A stretch of 64,000 nt of DNA, from assembly GCA_021156175.1 (NCBI GenBank), contig JAJNBL010000003.1:115897-179896 (forward strand), read 5' to 3'. Below the pieces are notes generated by a model. That model made no database searches. It had not been told where the DNA came from and worked only from the letters and a program-made list of their open reading frames with translations. The stretch's first letter is position 1, and every line of letters starts with the position of its first letter. Position numbers and translations under genes: made by a program. Below, one piece after another: positions 45,738-54,748 of the stretch. The stretch comes from Rickettsiales bacterium (lineage in GTDB: Bacteria > Pseudomonadota > Alphaproteobacteria > Rickettsiales > JAJNBL01).

Positions 45738-47204
45738 ATGAAAAGATCAGAGCGTCCCACCGGAGATCAAGCCACTGAAGATCTAGAAGTGCTATCGAAA
45801 AAAAGGAGGCTCAGTGACTCCTCACCCGGCATAGACACTAAGGAAGAAACCTTTCTTGGTTCTATAGTAGGCGCACTTCACAAACAACTTCAAGAAGCAT
45901 CTCCTTCTGAGGAAGAGGCACTGGAAACGCTGCTAGACTTACTAAACGTACTAAAAGATCCCCCAAAAATTGATAGGCTGTTACAGCAATCAGTTCACTC
46001 ATTGCCCGCTTTTGCAATCAAAAAACAGATAGATCTCTTACTCATGATTCTGAACGATATGGGAGAAGCGGGAGAGCGCGAGCTTAAGGATTTGAAAGAA
46101 AAGTATGCGTCTCTTATTGTTCCGGCTTCCGTTTCAGGGCCATCTTCTGTTGTCCCCTCAGTTTCCGTGCCTTCAAGCCTAACCCCTTTTACTGTCACGA
46201 GTTCTTCGCTTTTGCAAGATATGGACTTCACTTTTACTTTTTCCGAACCCTCTAGAAAAAAGAGCCCAAGCCCAACAGCGGTAGCGGATGATATGGACGA
46301 AAAGAAAGAGAAAAAACAGGATGAGTTGGGGGATGTATATGCGTCTGTAGCTCGTGCTCCGGTATCTTCTTTCTCCGATATCCCTTCATTCTTGGTTGAT
46401 TTCATGAATCCTCCTGGAAAATCAGTTTCTCCTACTCCTATTGTTCAGAAGAAAAGCCCTGCCAGCCCAACAGCGAAAGAAACTCAAGAAGAAAGCGTAC
46501 TCAGTATTGTCGTAAATCAGCTTTACAACCATATTTCAAAAGTGGTGCCTTCTGAAAGGGAAGCATTCGATTTATTAGAAGATATAATATTTAATAACTT
46601 GGATCCTGTTGATGATAGCCGTATTAGCAGCATTCCTTTGATTTCAGAACAGAGAAAGCTTTTATTTTCCGTTGTGGATACGATGGGAGGGGAAGGAATG
46701 GAAGAGCTGGAGGATTTAGTAGCTAAATATATTCCAGAAGGGATTCCTGCTGTCATTCCAGATCCGTATTCCTCTTTACCAACTTCTTCCTCTTCATTTA
46801 TAAATTTAGTTAATCCTCGCGGTAATAAGATTTCTCCTGCTTCCCTTTCCCCGAAAAAAAGGAGCCCTAGTCTACCAGCTGTAAGAAATGATCCCGAAGA
46901 TAGCGTGATTGCTTCAATGGTAGACGAGCTTTATAATCAATTCAACGATGCACTGGATTCTGACGAAAAGGCATTGGAGATAGTAGTAAATCTTCTTACT
47001 TTCGGTGAAGCAACTTTTACCGACCCTTATTTCAAGCTGTCGTTAAGTCGAATTCCTGAAGCGAAGCTGGATTTGATTAAAGAACATTTTGAAATATTAA
47101 CCTTTGCTGTTGATGAACAGGGAAACAAAGGAAAGCAGGAACTAAAACATTTAGCGGATGACTATACCAAGCAACAATTACTGATGTTTAGCCGTAGTAT
47201 CTAA
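45738..47204 (+). CDS. hypothetical protein with three copies of the ~90-aa helical module, each preceded by a K(K/R)xSPSP-type motif
   Basis: 488 aa. The modules start at ETFLGSIVGALHKQLQEASP, ESVLSIVVNQLYNHISKVVP and DSVIASMVDELYNQFNDAL. Each ends with a G.EG..EL..L...Y block. Confidence 0.7.
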   Translation: MKRSERPTGDQATEDLEVLSKKRRLSDSSPGIDTKEETFLGSIVGALHKQLQEASPSEEEALETLLDLLNVLKDPPKIDRLLQQSVHSLPAFAIKKQIDLLLMILNDMGEAGERELKDLKEKYASLIVPASVSGPSSVVPSVSVPSSLTPFTVTSSSLLQDMDFTFTFSEPSRKKSPSPTAVADDMDEKKEKKQDELGDVYASVARAPVSSFSDIPSFLVDFMNPPGKSVSPTPIVQKKSPASPTAKETQEESVLSIVVNQLYNHISKVVPSEREAFDLLEDIIFNNLDPVDDSRISSIPLISEQRKLLFSVVDTMGGEGMEELEDLVAKYIPEGIPAVIPDPYSSLPTSSSSFINLVNPRGNKISPASLSPKKRSPSLPAVRNDPEDSVIASMVDELYNQFNDALDSDEKALEIVVNLLTFGEATFTDPYFKLSLSRIPEAKLDLIKEHFEILTFAVDEQGNKGKQELKHLADDYTKQQLLMFSRSI

Positions 47205-47361
47205 AAAAACCTCATTTATATGAAGGGGGATAGGCGTAACTTTCCCCTTTTTCTTTCTAAATTCCCGAATTCTTTAAATCTTTGTCAATCCTCCCTGTGG
47301 TATTATTGACTATCGGGCAGCCGTTCTCGCCTGGATATTAGGATAGTTAAGGAGAATTCTT

Positions 47362-47943
47362 ATGCGCCTGTTCCTCATGCCACTTGCTCTGGTATTGCTT
47401 GCCACTCCCGCGTTTTCTCAGGAAATTGGGACAATGGGGCAAGGAGGAATGCGGCCTCAGGGGCAAATGGGGCAGCCAGGTATTTCTCCTCACGATATGA
47501 GACAGAAAATGCCTATAAATCAGCCACAAGGCGGCCAAGGGGAAATCGGTCATGCCGAAGGAATGATGGCAGAGCCGACTCAAGCGACTCCTCCACAAGA
47601 GCAGCCGATGCAGGCGCCTACTGAAGCAGCAGGAAAACAGGAATTATCTCAAGCGCTTCGTCAGGAATTAGAGCAGTTTAAGGAAGCGAATAAGGCCCTC
47701 AATGAGCAACGCAAAGTGCTTTATGAGAAGCTTTCTCCGGAGGCGAAACAGATAGTGCAGCAACATATGGGAGCGCGCCAAGAACAGCGCCAAGATAAGA
47801 TGCAAGGCGAGGACATGAAGAATACGGGAGGCATGCCGCAAGGTATGGTGGCTCCCAAAAGAATGCCTGGCATGGGAGGGGGAGCGCAGGGAGGCGGTCA
47901 ACCTCAGGGCGGTATGCAAGGTGGAATACCCCAACGTCAGTAA
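47362..47943 (+). CDS. secreted Met/Gln/Gly/Pro-rich protein, possibly Spy/CpxP-like periplasmic protein
   Basis: Signal peptide MRLFLMPLALVLLATPAFS|Q. The termini are low complexity and M/Q/G-rich. The central helical segment is LSQALRQELEQFKEANKALNEQRKVLYEKLSPEAKQIVQQH. The family assignment is tentative. Confidence 0.6.
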   Translation: MRLFLMPLALVLLATPAFSQEIGTMGQGGMRPQGQMGQPGISPHDMRQKMPINQPQGGQGEIGHAEGMMAEPTQATPPQEQPMQAPTEAAGKQELSQALRQELEQFKEANKALNEQRKVLYEKLSPEAKQIVQQHMGARQEQRQDKMQGEDMKNTGGMPQGMVAPKRMPGMGGGAQGGGQPQGGMQGGIPQRQ

Positions 47944-47963
47944 TTTTTACAATCGCGGCATTT

Positions 47964-47993
47964 AAAAAAGAGCGCTAAACAGCGCTCTTTTTT
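47964..47993. terminator. bidirectional rho-independent terminator between convergent genes
   Basis: AAAAAAGAGCGCT-AAAC-AGCGCTCTTTTTT is a perfect GC-rich stem flanked by an A-run and a T-run. The T-run overlaps the ppiD stop codon. Confidence 0.8.
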
Positions 47994-49917
47994 ATTCGAC
48001 CAACGCCAGAAGTTTCTCGTTGATTTCCACTTTATAACGATCGCCTAATGCTTTGGTGAAGCTTTGCATCATCTCGTCAAACATCATTGTTTTTACGGCT
48101 TCTTCGAGTTGCGCACGGCGCATTTGAACGATGGGATCCTCTTTCTTTGCTTGTGGGTGGGCAATATTTTTAACCACGGCAAACACGAAGGCATTATTGT
48201 CATCGGATGGATGAACCCCGGTCGCTTTACCGAGCTCTAACCGGAAGACTTCGCTTTGAAGTGCTTGCGGAAGCCCTTCATTGTCCATTTGGCGATTATA
48301 CGGTGATGGGCGATGGATGGTTTTGGAAACAACAGAAACACCGAGTCCATTTGCAATCTCTCGGATGTCTTTGCCTTCTGCAACTTCTTTCGCTGCCGTT
48401 TTTGCAAGGTTCTGGCTTTGTTCGCGCGTCTGTTCTTTATTCCATGCGCTTAATACCAATCCTTTCACTTCGTCCAGCGCTCTTTCGCGTGGCGGTGTGG
48501 AAGAGGTTACTTGAAGCGCGACATATACGCCTTCCGCAGGGCCATAACTGGTTGGGTCTTCCCCGAGTCCTGCCCGGAAAAATTGGCTAAGGAAATGGGT
48601 TTTCGCTTTATCGCCTTCGATGCGGTAATCCGGTAGTTCAGCCGTTGCGCTGCCATTTTGCGCGAGTCCTTCCGCTGAGATACCTTGAAGTGTAACGACT
48701 TTTAAAAATGGATACTTCGATGCCGCTTGCGTAAGCGAAGTACCGCCTGCAAATTCATCTTCCATCGCAATGAAGGCTTCTTGAACAGTTTTGCACGTGC
48801 CTTGCTTCGCAAGTTCTTCGGTCAGCTCCGCTTTCACATCGTCAAAGGTGCGGGTTGCATCCTCGGCGATGGAGGTGGCTTTAAAGATATGCCAGCCGAG
48901 CGGGCCTTCCACCGGTTTGCTGATTTCTCCTTGCTTCAAAGCGAATACGGGCGCTTGTAATGTATCCGGGAGAGAATCTTTGGTAATCGCGTCGAATGTG
49001 GAAACTTTTGCTCCTTCGGCCGTATCGTTGCTATGCTCTTTTGCAAATTGATCAAAACTTTCGCTGGACGATACGGAAGCGTAAGCGGCATCAGCAGCTT
49101 CTTTTGTTGGGAAGAATAATTGCGTGACGGTGCGTGTTTCAGGGCGTTCATAAACACCTTGCGCACGGCGGGTTTCATAGGCTTCTTTAACGGCGTTCTC
49201 ATCGAATGTGGTGATAGGAGCCATCGCGCGGCAATCCGCAACGACATAATTTCCGCTGCGATATTCCGGCGCAGAGAATCGTGCTTTCTCTTTTTCGTAA
49301 AACTCTTGAAGTTCTTGCTCGGATGGATCGGGAATGTTGTTCGCATGGTCTGCAGACAATGTCACGATATCAATCGTGCGCTCTTCGTTATAAAGATTAT
49401 AAAGCGTATCAAGCATGACAGGCGGCACGGTAACGGTATCCGAGAGTGTGCCGAGCACCAATTCCATGATCATATTTTCGCGCATGTCTTCCAAGAAATA
49501 GGCTTCATTCATGCCCGCAGCGCGCAGACGATTTTTGAAGAGTTCGTAATCAAACACGCCTTCGTTATTCAAAAAAGATGGATGATGGCGCACTTGACCG
49601 GTGACGGCTTCCATCCCTAGGCCCATGTTATTATCTTCAGCGTAAGAGAGGAGTAATTCGCGATTGATCATCTGGTTAAGGATCGCAGGTTTAATCATCG
49701 CTGCGGAAAGCCCAGGCGTGCGGTTTACTTGATCGCGCACGACTTTATCGAGTTCCTGAATTGGAATTTTACGTGAGCCCACGGAAGCAACCACGGAAGC
49801 GTTTCCACCACCTCGAAGGACGTCCCCCACTCCCCAGAAGACAAACGATAGAACTATAAGGAAGAGAATCGCACGAACAACAAGATGTTGTGCCGCTTTG
49901 CGGAATACTGCAAGCAT
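47992..49917 (-). CDS. ppiD: periplasmic chaperone / peptidyl-prolyl isomerase PpiD-like
   Basis: N-terminal TM anchor (VRAILFLIVLSFVFWGVGDV), a SurA-N-like region and a parvulin block GEISKPVEGPLGWHIFK. 641 aa. Confidence 0.85.
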   Translation of the reverse strand: MLAVFRKAAQHLVVRAILFLIVLSFVFWGVGDVLRGGGNASVVASVGSRKIPIQELDKVVRDQVNRTPGLSAAMIKPAILNQMINRELLLSYAEDNNMGLGMEAVTGQVRHHPSFLNNEGVFDYELFKNRLRAAGMNEAYFLEDMRENMIMELVLGTLSDTVTVPPVMLDTLYNLYNEERTIDIVTLSADHANNIPDPSEQELQEFYEKEKARFSAPEYRSGNYVVADCRAMAPITTFDENAVKEAYETRRAQGVYERPETRTVTQLFFPTKEAADAAYASVSSSESFDQFAKEHSNDTAEGAKVSTFDAITKDSLPDTLQAPVFALKQGEISKPVEGPLGWHIFKATSIAEDATRTFDDVKAELTEELAKQGTCKTVQEAFIAMEDEFAGGTSLTQAASKYPFLKVVTLQGISAEGLAQNGSATAELPDYRIEGDKAKTHFLSQFFRAGLGEDPTSYGPAEGVYVALQVTSSTPPRERALDEVKGLVLSAWNKEQTREQSQNLAKTAAKEVAEGKDIREIANGLGVSVVSKTIHRPSPYNRQMDNEGLPQALQSEVFRLELGKATGVHPSDDNNAFVFAVVKNIAHPQAKKEDPIVQMRRAQLEEAVKTMMFDEMMQSFTKALGDRYKVEINEKLLALVE

Positions 49918-50074
49918 AGCTTAAAACCTACCTGAGACAAAAATCGTTAGCAAAAAACCAAACTGCACGATAAAGCGCAAAGTGTCTTCCTGCAAGAACG
50001 AATTGCATGGGAGAATATTTCAGGGTAAGGTGTCCGGTTTTGTATGGTGGTGCATATACACGTAAGAGGATTTT

Positions 50075-50845
50075 ATGAAACGAACAATGGCTCCGATCCC
50101 TCTCATTGTCGGCAATTGGAAAATGTATGGATTGCGGGAAGCGGGTATTGCGCTTGTTGAGGAAATCATTGCGTATATGAAACAGCATGCAAGCACCTGC
50201 GAGGTAGTTGTCTGCCCGCCAGCGACGTTGACGAGTATTATCTATGATGTGTTGAAATCCTCTCCCATTGTGCTCGGAGGGCAGGATTGCCATGAGCTTG
50301 CGCATGGCCCGTATACAGGGAATATCAGCCCAGAAGCATTGCGGGAACTTGGGTGTCGGTATGTGATTGTGGGGCATTCGGAGCGCCGGAAATTCCATGC
50401 GGAAGATAACGAAATGGTCTCCTTTAAAGCCAAAGGAGCCATTAAACACGGGCTGATTCCGATTATATGTATTGGGGAATCGCTCCAGGAGCGTGAGGCG
50501 GGAGAAGAAGAGGCGGTGATTGAAAAACAATTGCGTGAGTCGCTTCCGAAAGATGCAAATCCTACGCAATATGTCTTGGCGTATGAGCCCGTATGGGCGA
50601 TTGGGACAGGAAAAAATGCGGATATGCAGCAAATTAGTGCGATGCATCATTATATAAAGTCGAAATGGCGAGATGGTGCTGCGCCGCGGTTGCTTTATGG
50701 AGGGTCAGTAAAGGCCTCCAATGCGACGAATATATTGACGGTAGATGGGGTCGATGGGCTTCTTGTGGGAGGGGCAAGTCTTCAGGCGGATGATTTCTGT
50801 GCGATTATTCAGGCGGCTTCCGATAGAGTCGTGAAAGCGGCTTAG
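50075..50845 (+). CDS. tpiA: triose-phosphate isomerase
   Basis: GNWKM, VIVGHSERR and AYEPVWAIGTG motifs. Confidence 0.95.
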   Translation: MKRTMAPIPLIVGNWKMYGLREAGIALVEEIIAYMKQHASTCEVVVCPPATLTSIIYDVLKSSPIVLGGQDCHELAHGPYTGNISPEALRELGCRYVIVGHSERRKFHAEDNEMVSFKAKGAIKHGLIPIICIGESLQEREAGEEEAVIEKQLRESLPKDANPTQYVLAYEPVWAIGTGKNADMQQISAMHHYIKSKWRDGAAPRLLYGGSVKASNATNILTVDGVDGLLVGGASLQADDFCAIIQAASDRVVKAA

Positions 50846-50952
50846 CTTCTCTAAAACAGTCGGATTCTCAAGGCGTTTTTGGCGCTATTCCAACCCAGAG
50901 TTTAAAAATCATTAATAATCCATTAATAGAATAAAATTTTTTGACTTTTATA

Positions 50953-50981
50953 TTGACGGCACAAAAAATTTTTAGTATATA
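50953..50981 (+). promoter_or_regulatory. candidate sigma70-type promoter driving the structured RNA/leader at ~50988-51119
   Basis: TTGACG (50953-50958), a 17-nt spacer, then TATATA (50976-50981). Confidence 0.45.
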
Positions 50982-50987
50982 TATACT

Positions 50988-51119
50988 ATTCGTTAATGAA
51001 TAGTTAATGGATAACGGCTACCCATCGGGTATATACCCTCCTCCCGGTGGATTACGTGGCCAAAAATACCCGATCAACCCTCCTCCACCCCGGGCAGTCT
51101 CGACTGTTCGGGGTTTTTT
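50988..51119 (+). ncRNA. candidate small RNA or cis-acting leader with two CCCTCCTCC (anti-SD) motifs and an intrinsic terminator
   Basis: One hairpin is CCATCGGG(51022-51029)/CCCGGTGG(51043-51050), with CCCTCCTCCC at 51036-51045 spanning the loop and 3' stem. A second CCCTCCTCC lies at 51078-51086. The terminator is CCCCGGGCAG-TCTCGA-CTGTTCGGGG (51088-51113) plus TTTTTT (51114-51119). The 5' end is inferred from the promoter. Confidence 0.45.
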
Positions 51120-51130
51120 CTAAAGATAAT

Positions 51131-51787
51131 ATGAAAACCTCTCCAAAAAAACCCAAGATACACTCTCCCAAGAAATCGCAGACTTATTCAATTTTAACTT
51201 CGATATCAGAAGGTTCAGAAACTTCCGTGCAAGAGGATGGGTCCAATCCGGGCTATTGGGGATTTTTAAAGGATAGCACCTCCTCTTCAAATGAATTTCA
51301 ACGTCTCTCTTATTATATAGACGCAGAACGTTATGTACTTCTTGAAGAAGAGCTTCAGAAAGATAAAGACATCATTAATCAAGCGGTTGATAAAAAAGGA
51401 AACACTCTCCTGCATTATGCTGTAAGATATGGGAAAATTGCTGCGGTTCGTCTGCTGCTCAAGAATGGTGCGCTTTGTACAATGTCCAATTTAGCGCTCG
51501 AAACCCCGGAAGATATAACGCATGATAGTGCAATTAAAAATCTTTTCTTAAAAGCGCAAGGCTTACCTTTATCGGATTCTCCTACGAAGGCAGAAATTTT
51601 TACTCCGTCTGTTAAGGCTTCGCATGTGGCTGCAATCTCGTGGACAAAAAAGAATGTGGCGAATATTCCTAAGGAATGGGACGAGCCGGATAATGCTCTC
51701 AGTGATGATGAGAGAGCGGCGCCTCACTCAACAAAAATATCGCACCAGAAGCAGGGAAAGCACAGACGTTCCCATTTTATTCAATAA
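51131..51787 (+). CDS. ankyrin-repeat protein with basic N-terminus
   Basis: ANK signature KGNTLLHYAVRYGKIAAVRLLLKNGA. The N-terminus reads MKTSPKKPKIHSPKKS. I prefer the ATG at 51131, because the track GTG start at 51047 would lie inside the structured RNA. No SD precedes either start. Confidence 0.65.
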   Translation: MKTSPKKPKIHSPKKSQTYSILTSISEGSETSVQEDGSNPGYWGFLKDSTSSSNEFQRLSYYIDAERYVLLEEELQKDKDIINQAVDKKGNTLLHYAVRYGKIAAVRLLLKNGALCTMSNLALETPEDITHDSAIKNLFLKAQGLPLSDSPTKAEIFTPSVKASHVAAISWTKKNVANIPKEWDEPDNALSDDERAAPHSTKISHQKQGKHRRSHFIQ

Positions 51788-51990
51788 AGTTTTCCTTTCC
51801 GATATACGAAGGTAACTCTTTATTTCGCTCAAAAGTAGGAAATATACATTAACGAATAAATCTTCAATAATGGCCTTTCGGATATATCCCGCAATTCCGC
51901 CATATTTCTCTTACAAACTGTAATAATTCCTACAAATTTCTTTTTTATCGTCATCCTGGTGTTTATTAAAAAAACTCATGGAGTTTACCG

Positions 51991-53229
51991 ATGGCTAAGA
52001 AAAAAATTTTCACTGCTCCCACGTCAAAACAACAGGAGATTTTTAATCATATTGAAAAAAATTGGGGCAAGGAAAGCAATGCTTCTGAGGGACAAAAGGC
52101 TTTAGCCGCGGAAATAGCAAAGCAACTTACTCCTGGTGTGGGCAGAAATTTAGGACGGCTTTCGGGAATTTTTGTATCCAAAGAAAATTGTGAAGCAGAT
52201 TGCCAGAAGGGTATAAACACGCTCGCACCACTTCTCTATTTGATAAGAAATGATGATCTTGAGAATCCGCTGCTGTTGAATCTTCAACGTCTTGGCGGTT
52301 ACCTCGCTTCTACAGCTTTGCAAAACATCGCGGGAGCATTACAACATAATTGTACCTTACATACTCTTAGCATTAATAACGATACGGATATTGAATTATT
52401 AGATATTGCCTGCTTCCGGGATGTATTAAAGACAAACTTTACGCTGAAGCATTTTTCATTAGAGCAGCTTTCTGGTAACGGTTTTAGCAGCCGTTTTAAG
52501 GTACCACATCAAAACAACCTAATCTGGGGTGAGATTAACAACGCAATCGACGCTAATAATACTATCGACAAAAGAAGCTGTGGTAAACCAACGGTTCTTA
52601 TTATTGCAGGCAGTTTGAAAGGATTGGTTAGAAGGAAAAATATTGAAACTCTCGAAGAGGCGTATGCATCAACATTCAAAGCGGCTGTAAAAGAGATTAA
52701 GCCTGACGCAGATGACCAAGTGCTTGGAACTTTGATAACCAAAGCCATTTCGCACCCTGAGGCATTTCTTGCATTCAAACAACAAGTGATGCAACAAATG
52801 GAAAAAAGAGAAGCAAAAAGATCGCACTCACGCACCCCTACCTCTACTCCGGTTGGGTCTTTCGAACCTTCGAGTAGTACCCCAACATTGTGGACATCAC
52901 GTGTTCAGGAAGCAGGGGTCTCTTCTTCTGCACCCAATCTTCAAACGTCACGAAGTGAACCGATTAGCAGAATACGAACATCTTCCATTTCTTCGAACGA
53001 TGATTCCCCCCCTCTCTCAGCCGCTCCTATTCAAGGGAGGAACGCCGTAAGTTCGGGATCTTTTACCCCGACTTCTAGCCCGGTTGCGGTTCCTCCTAGG
53101 AAAACGTTTACTGATCAAAAAAGACGAATCCCTCCCGGTAGCAGTTCAGAAAAGATAAGTTATCGTGACAGCGAAACAGAAAGACGTAACAGCCCTGCAT
53201 CAAGTCACTCGCAAAGTCCTGATAAATAA
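51991..53229 (+). CDS. leucine-rich-repeat (RI/RNI-like) protein with Ser/Pro/Thr-rich C-terminal tail
   Basis: GGAG RBS. The LRR-like segment is LQNIAGALQHNCTLHTLSINNDTDIELLDIACFRDVLKTNFTLKHFSLEQLSGNG. The C-terminal ~140 aa are rich in S/P/T. Confidence 0.6.
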   Translation: MAKKKIFTAPTSKQQEIFNHIEKNWGKESNASEGQKALAAEIAKQLTPGVGRNLGRLSGIFVSKENCEADCQKGINTLAPLLYLIRNDDLENPLLLNLQRLGGYLASTALQNIAGALQHNCTLHTLSINNDTDIELLDIACFRDVLKTNFTLKHFSLEQLSGNGFSSRFKVPHQNNLIWGEINNAIDANNTIDKRSCGKPTVLIIAGSLKGLVRRKNIETLEEAYASTFKAAVKEIKPDADDQVLGTLITKAISHPEAFLAFKQQVMQQMEKREAKRSHSRTPTSTPVGSFEPSSSTPTLWTSRVQEAGVSSSAPNLQTSRSEPISRIRTSSISSNDDSPPLSAAPIQGRNAVSSGSFTPTSSPVAVPPRKTFTDQKRRIPPGSSSEKISYRDSETERRNSPASSHSQSPDK

Positions 53230-53255
53230 GACAAACGAAAATAAGGAGTATTCCG

Positions 53256-54329
53256 ATGGCAAAAAGCTCTCTTTCTTCTTCTTCCGAAGCAATTAATCGT
53301 ATCAACGCGATAAAATGGGAGCGGTTGAATTTCTTCTTTGGGGATAGTCGGTGGTATAAGAACCAATCACAACCGATAGATTGGGAAGCTACATTCAAAG
53401 ATGAGCATTTCGTAACGAAATTTCTTCCAACCCAGTTTCATTCATCACATCAATACTATGATAATTCTAAGTATTGTGCCGGACTTAGTATTCAAGAGGT
53501 GGCCAAAGTCCTCTCTAAACGTGATACCTCCGGCAGGACATTGCTTCACTGGTCGGCCGAGTTCAATAATCAAAGATTAGGTGAAGCACTAATCATGCTT
53601 CATAAAGTATCGCCTTCTATTATCGATGTTTACAGAAAAACTCCTGCCGATTATGCAAGTAACGAACTGAAACAATTTATTGAACACGAGAAAACATTAG
53701 AAAAACGTGCACTGGAGAATCCATCGGCCAAAGCGATCAGCAATTTAGTGAGGGATATGTGTAAACAATATCCACAAACGAAAGAGTCCAAATCACAAAT
53801 GCCGTTGCAGGATATTACGGCACTTGTCTCTTGTGACCAAACATTAGGTGATAACCAGAGATCCTTACTGATACAGCAACTAAAGAATGCGAATTTATGG
53901 ATATCCCAAAGCCCAACCTTTGGGAAAAAGAAGAGTCCCAGCCAACCAAACAGCCAACCCGGCAGCTTGCGCAGTTCGGATGCGGTAACGTTGGAAGCTG
54001 GTTCAAATGTGTCCTCACCTGCTCCTTCGCCGATTGTTACTCCGAAATCCGAAGTGCTTTTAGAAACGGCATCAACTCCACCGGCTTCTAAGCCGATGAA
54101 TATTCCATCGCGAAGGAACAGTGATAATGCTGGCGAATGGCTTCAGTTTGCCATGGAATCGGGTTCCCCTTCGCCTTCAGCAGGAAGCCAAAAGAGCACC
54201 CCGTTACGTACTTCTGAAGAGCCAAGTGTTGCTTCGGCTTCTGTTCCAGATGAAGAAAATACGGCTGATTTCTGGTTTAAGGTTGCAACGGGTGCTTCCA
54301 AATCGCTTAGCTCAAGCCAATCATTATAG
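53256..54329 (+). CDS. ankyrin-repeat protein with Ser/Pro-rich C-terminal tail
   Basis: ANK signature SGRTLLHWSAEFNNQRLGEALIML. The tail reads KKSPSQPNSQPGSLRSS...SSPAPSPIVTPKS. Confidence 0.65.
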   Translation: MAKSSLSSSSEAINRINAIKWERLNFFFGDSRWYKNQSQPIDWEATFKDEHFVTKFLPTQFHSSHQYYDNSKYCAGLSIQEVAKVLSKRDTSGRTLLHWSAEFNNQRLGEALIMLHKVSPSIIDVYRKTPADYASNELKQFIEHEKTLEKRALENPSAKAISNLVRDMCKQYPQTKESKSQMPLQDITALVSCDQTLGDNQRSLLIQQLKNANLWISQSPTFGKKKSPSQPNSQPGSLRSSDAVTLEAGSNVSSPAPSPIVTPKSEVLLETASTPPASKPMNIPSRRNSDNAGEWLQFAMESGSPSPSAGSQKSTPLRTSEEPSVASASVPDEENTADFWFKVATGASKSLSSSQSL

Positions 54330-54719
54330 CTAAAGATTCCGACTCCCGGCATCTAGGAGTTCTGTCAGCTCGGCGGCTTTTTGTCCCACACTTGGGATAA
54401 AGCCGCCGGTGTTGGGGCTCGTTTTGATTCCAATCGTTTGTTGAAAGACGCGCTCGAACATACCGCCGATATTGTGTTCTGTATTCGTCATTAGTTTTAG
54501 CAACTCCCCTTCGAGTGCGCGCACTTGTTCCAGTGCGATCCGCTCGAGCTGTTGTGTCAGGCTTTTTCCTAAACTCCCGCTGAATTCTTCAAACACGGCC
54601 TCGATGGCTTTTGATAAAGCGCTTGCATGCGCGGATTGTTTCCCTAGAATCGACTCGAGGGTTTTACGTTCAAATGCGCTTGCGTTGGAGCCGAGTAGGT
54701 TGTCGATGTCGGTTGGCAT
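54330..54719 (-). CDS. hypothetical protein
   Basis: 129-aa helical-looking ORF with no recognisable motif. Its stop directly abuts the convergent 53256 gene stop. Confidence 0.45.
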   Translation of the reverse strand: MPTDIDNLLGSNASAFERKTLESILGKQSAHASALSKAIEAVFEEFSGSLGKSLTQQLERIALEQVRALEGELLKLMTNTEHNIGGMFERVFQQTIGIKTSPNTGGFIPSVGQKAAELTELLDAGSRNL

Positions 54720-54748
54720 ATATGTCTCCGTATAAAAGGTTATAGTTT

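Noticed and set aside
49928-50650. 240-aa minus-strand ORF overlapping tpiA
   Set aside because: It is entirely antisense to a clearly conserved tpiA. It is Arg/Phe-rich and low-complexity-like, with no motif. It is a typical shadow ORF.
51047-51130. GTG start at 51047 for the ankyrin gene (28 extra residues)
   Set aside because: It would place the start inside a hairpin and upstream of a strong intrinsic terminator, and the preceding sequence is CCTCC rather than an SD. I kept ATG 51131, though neither start has a good RBS.
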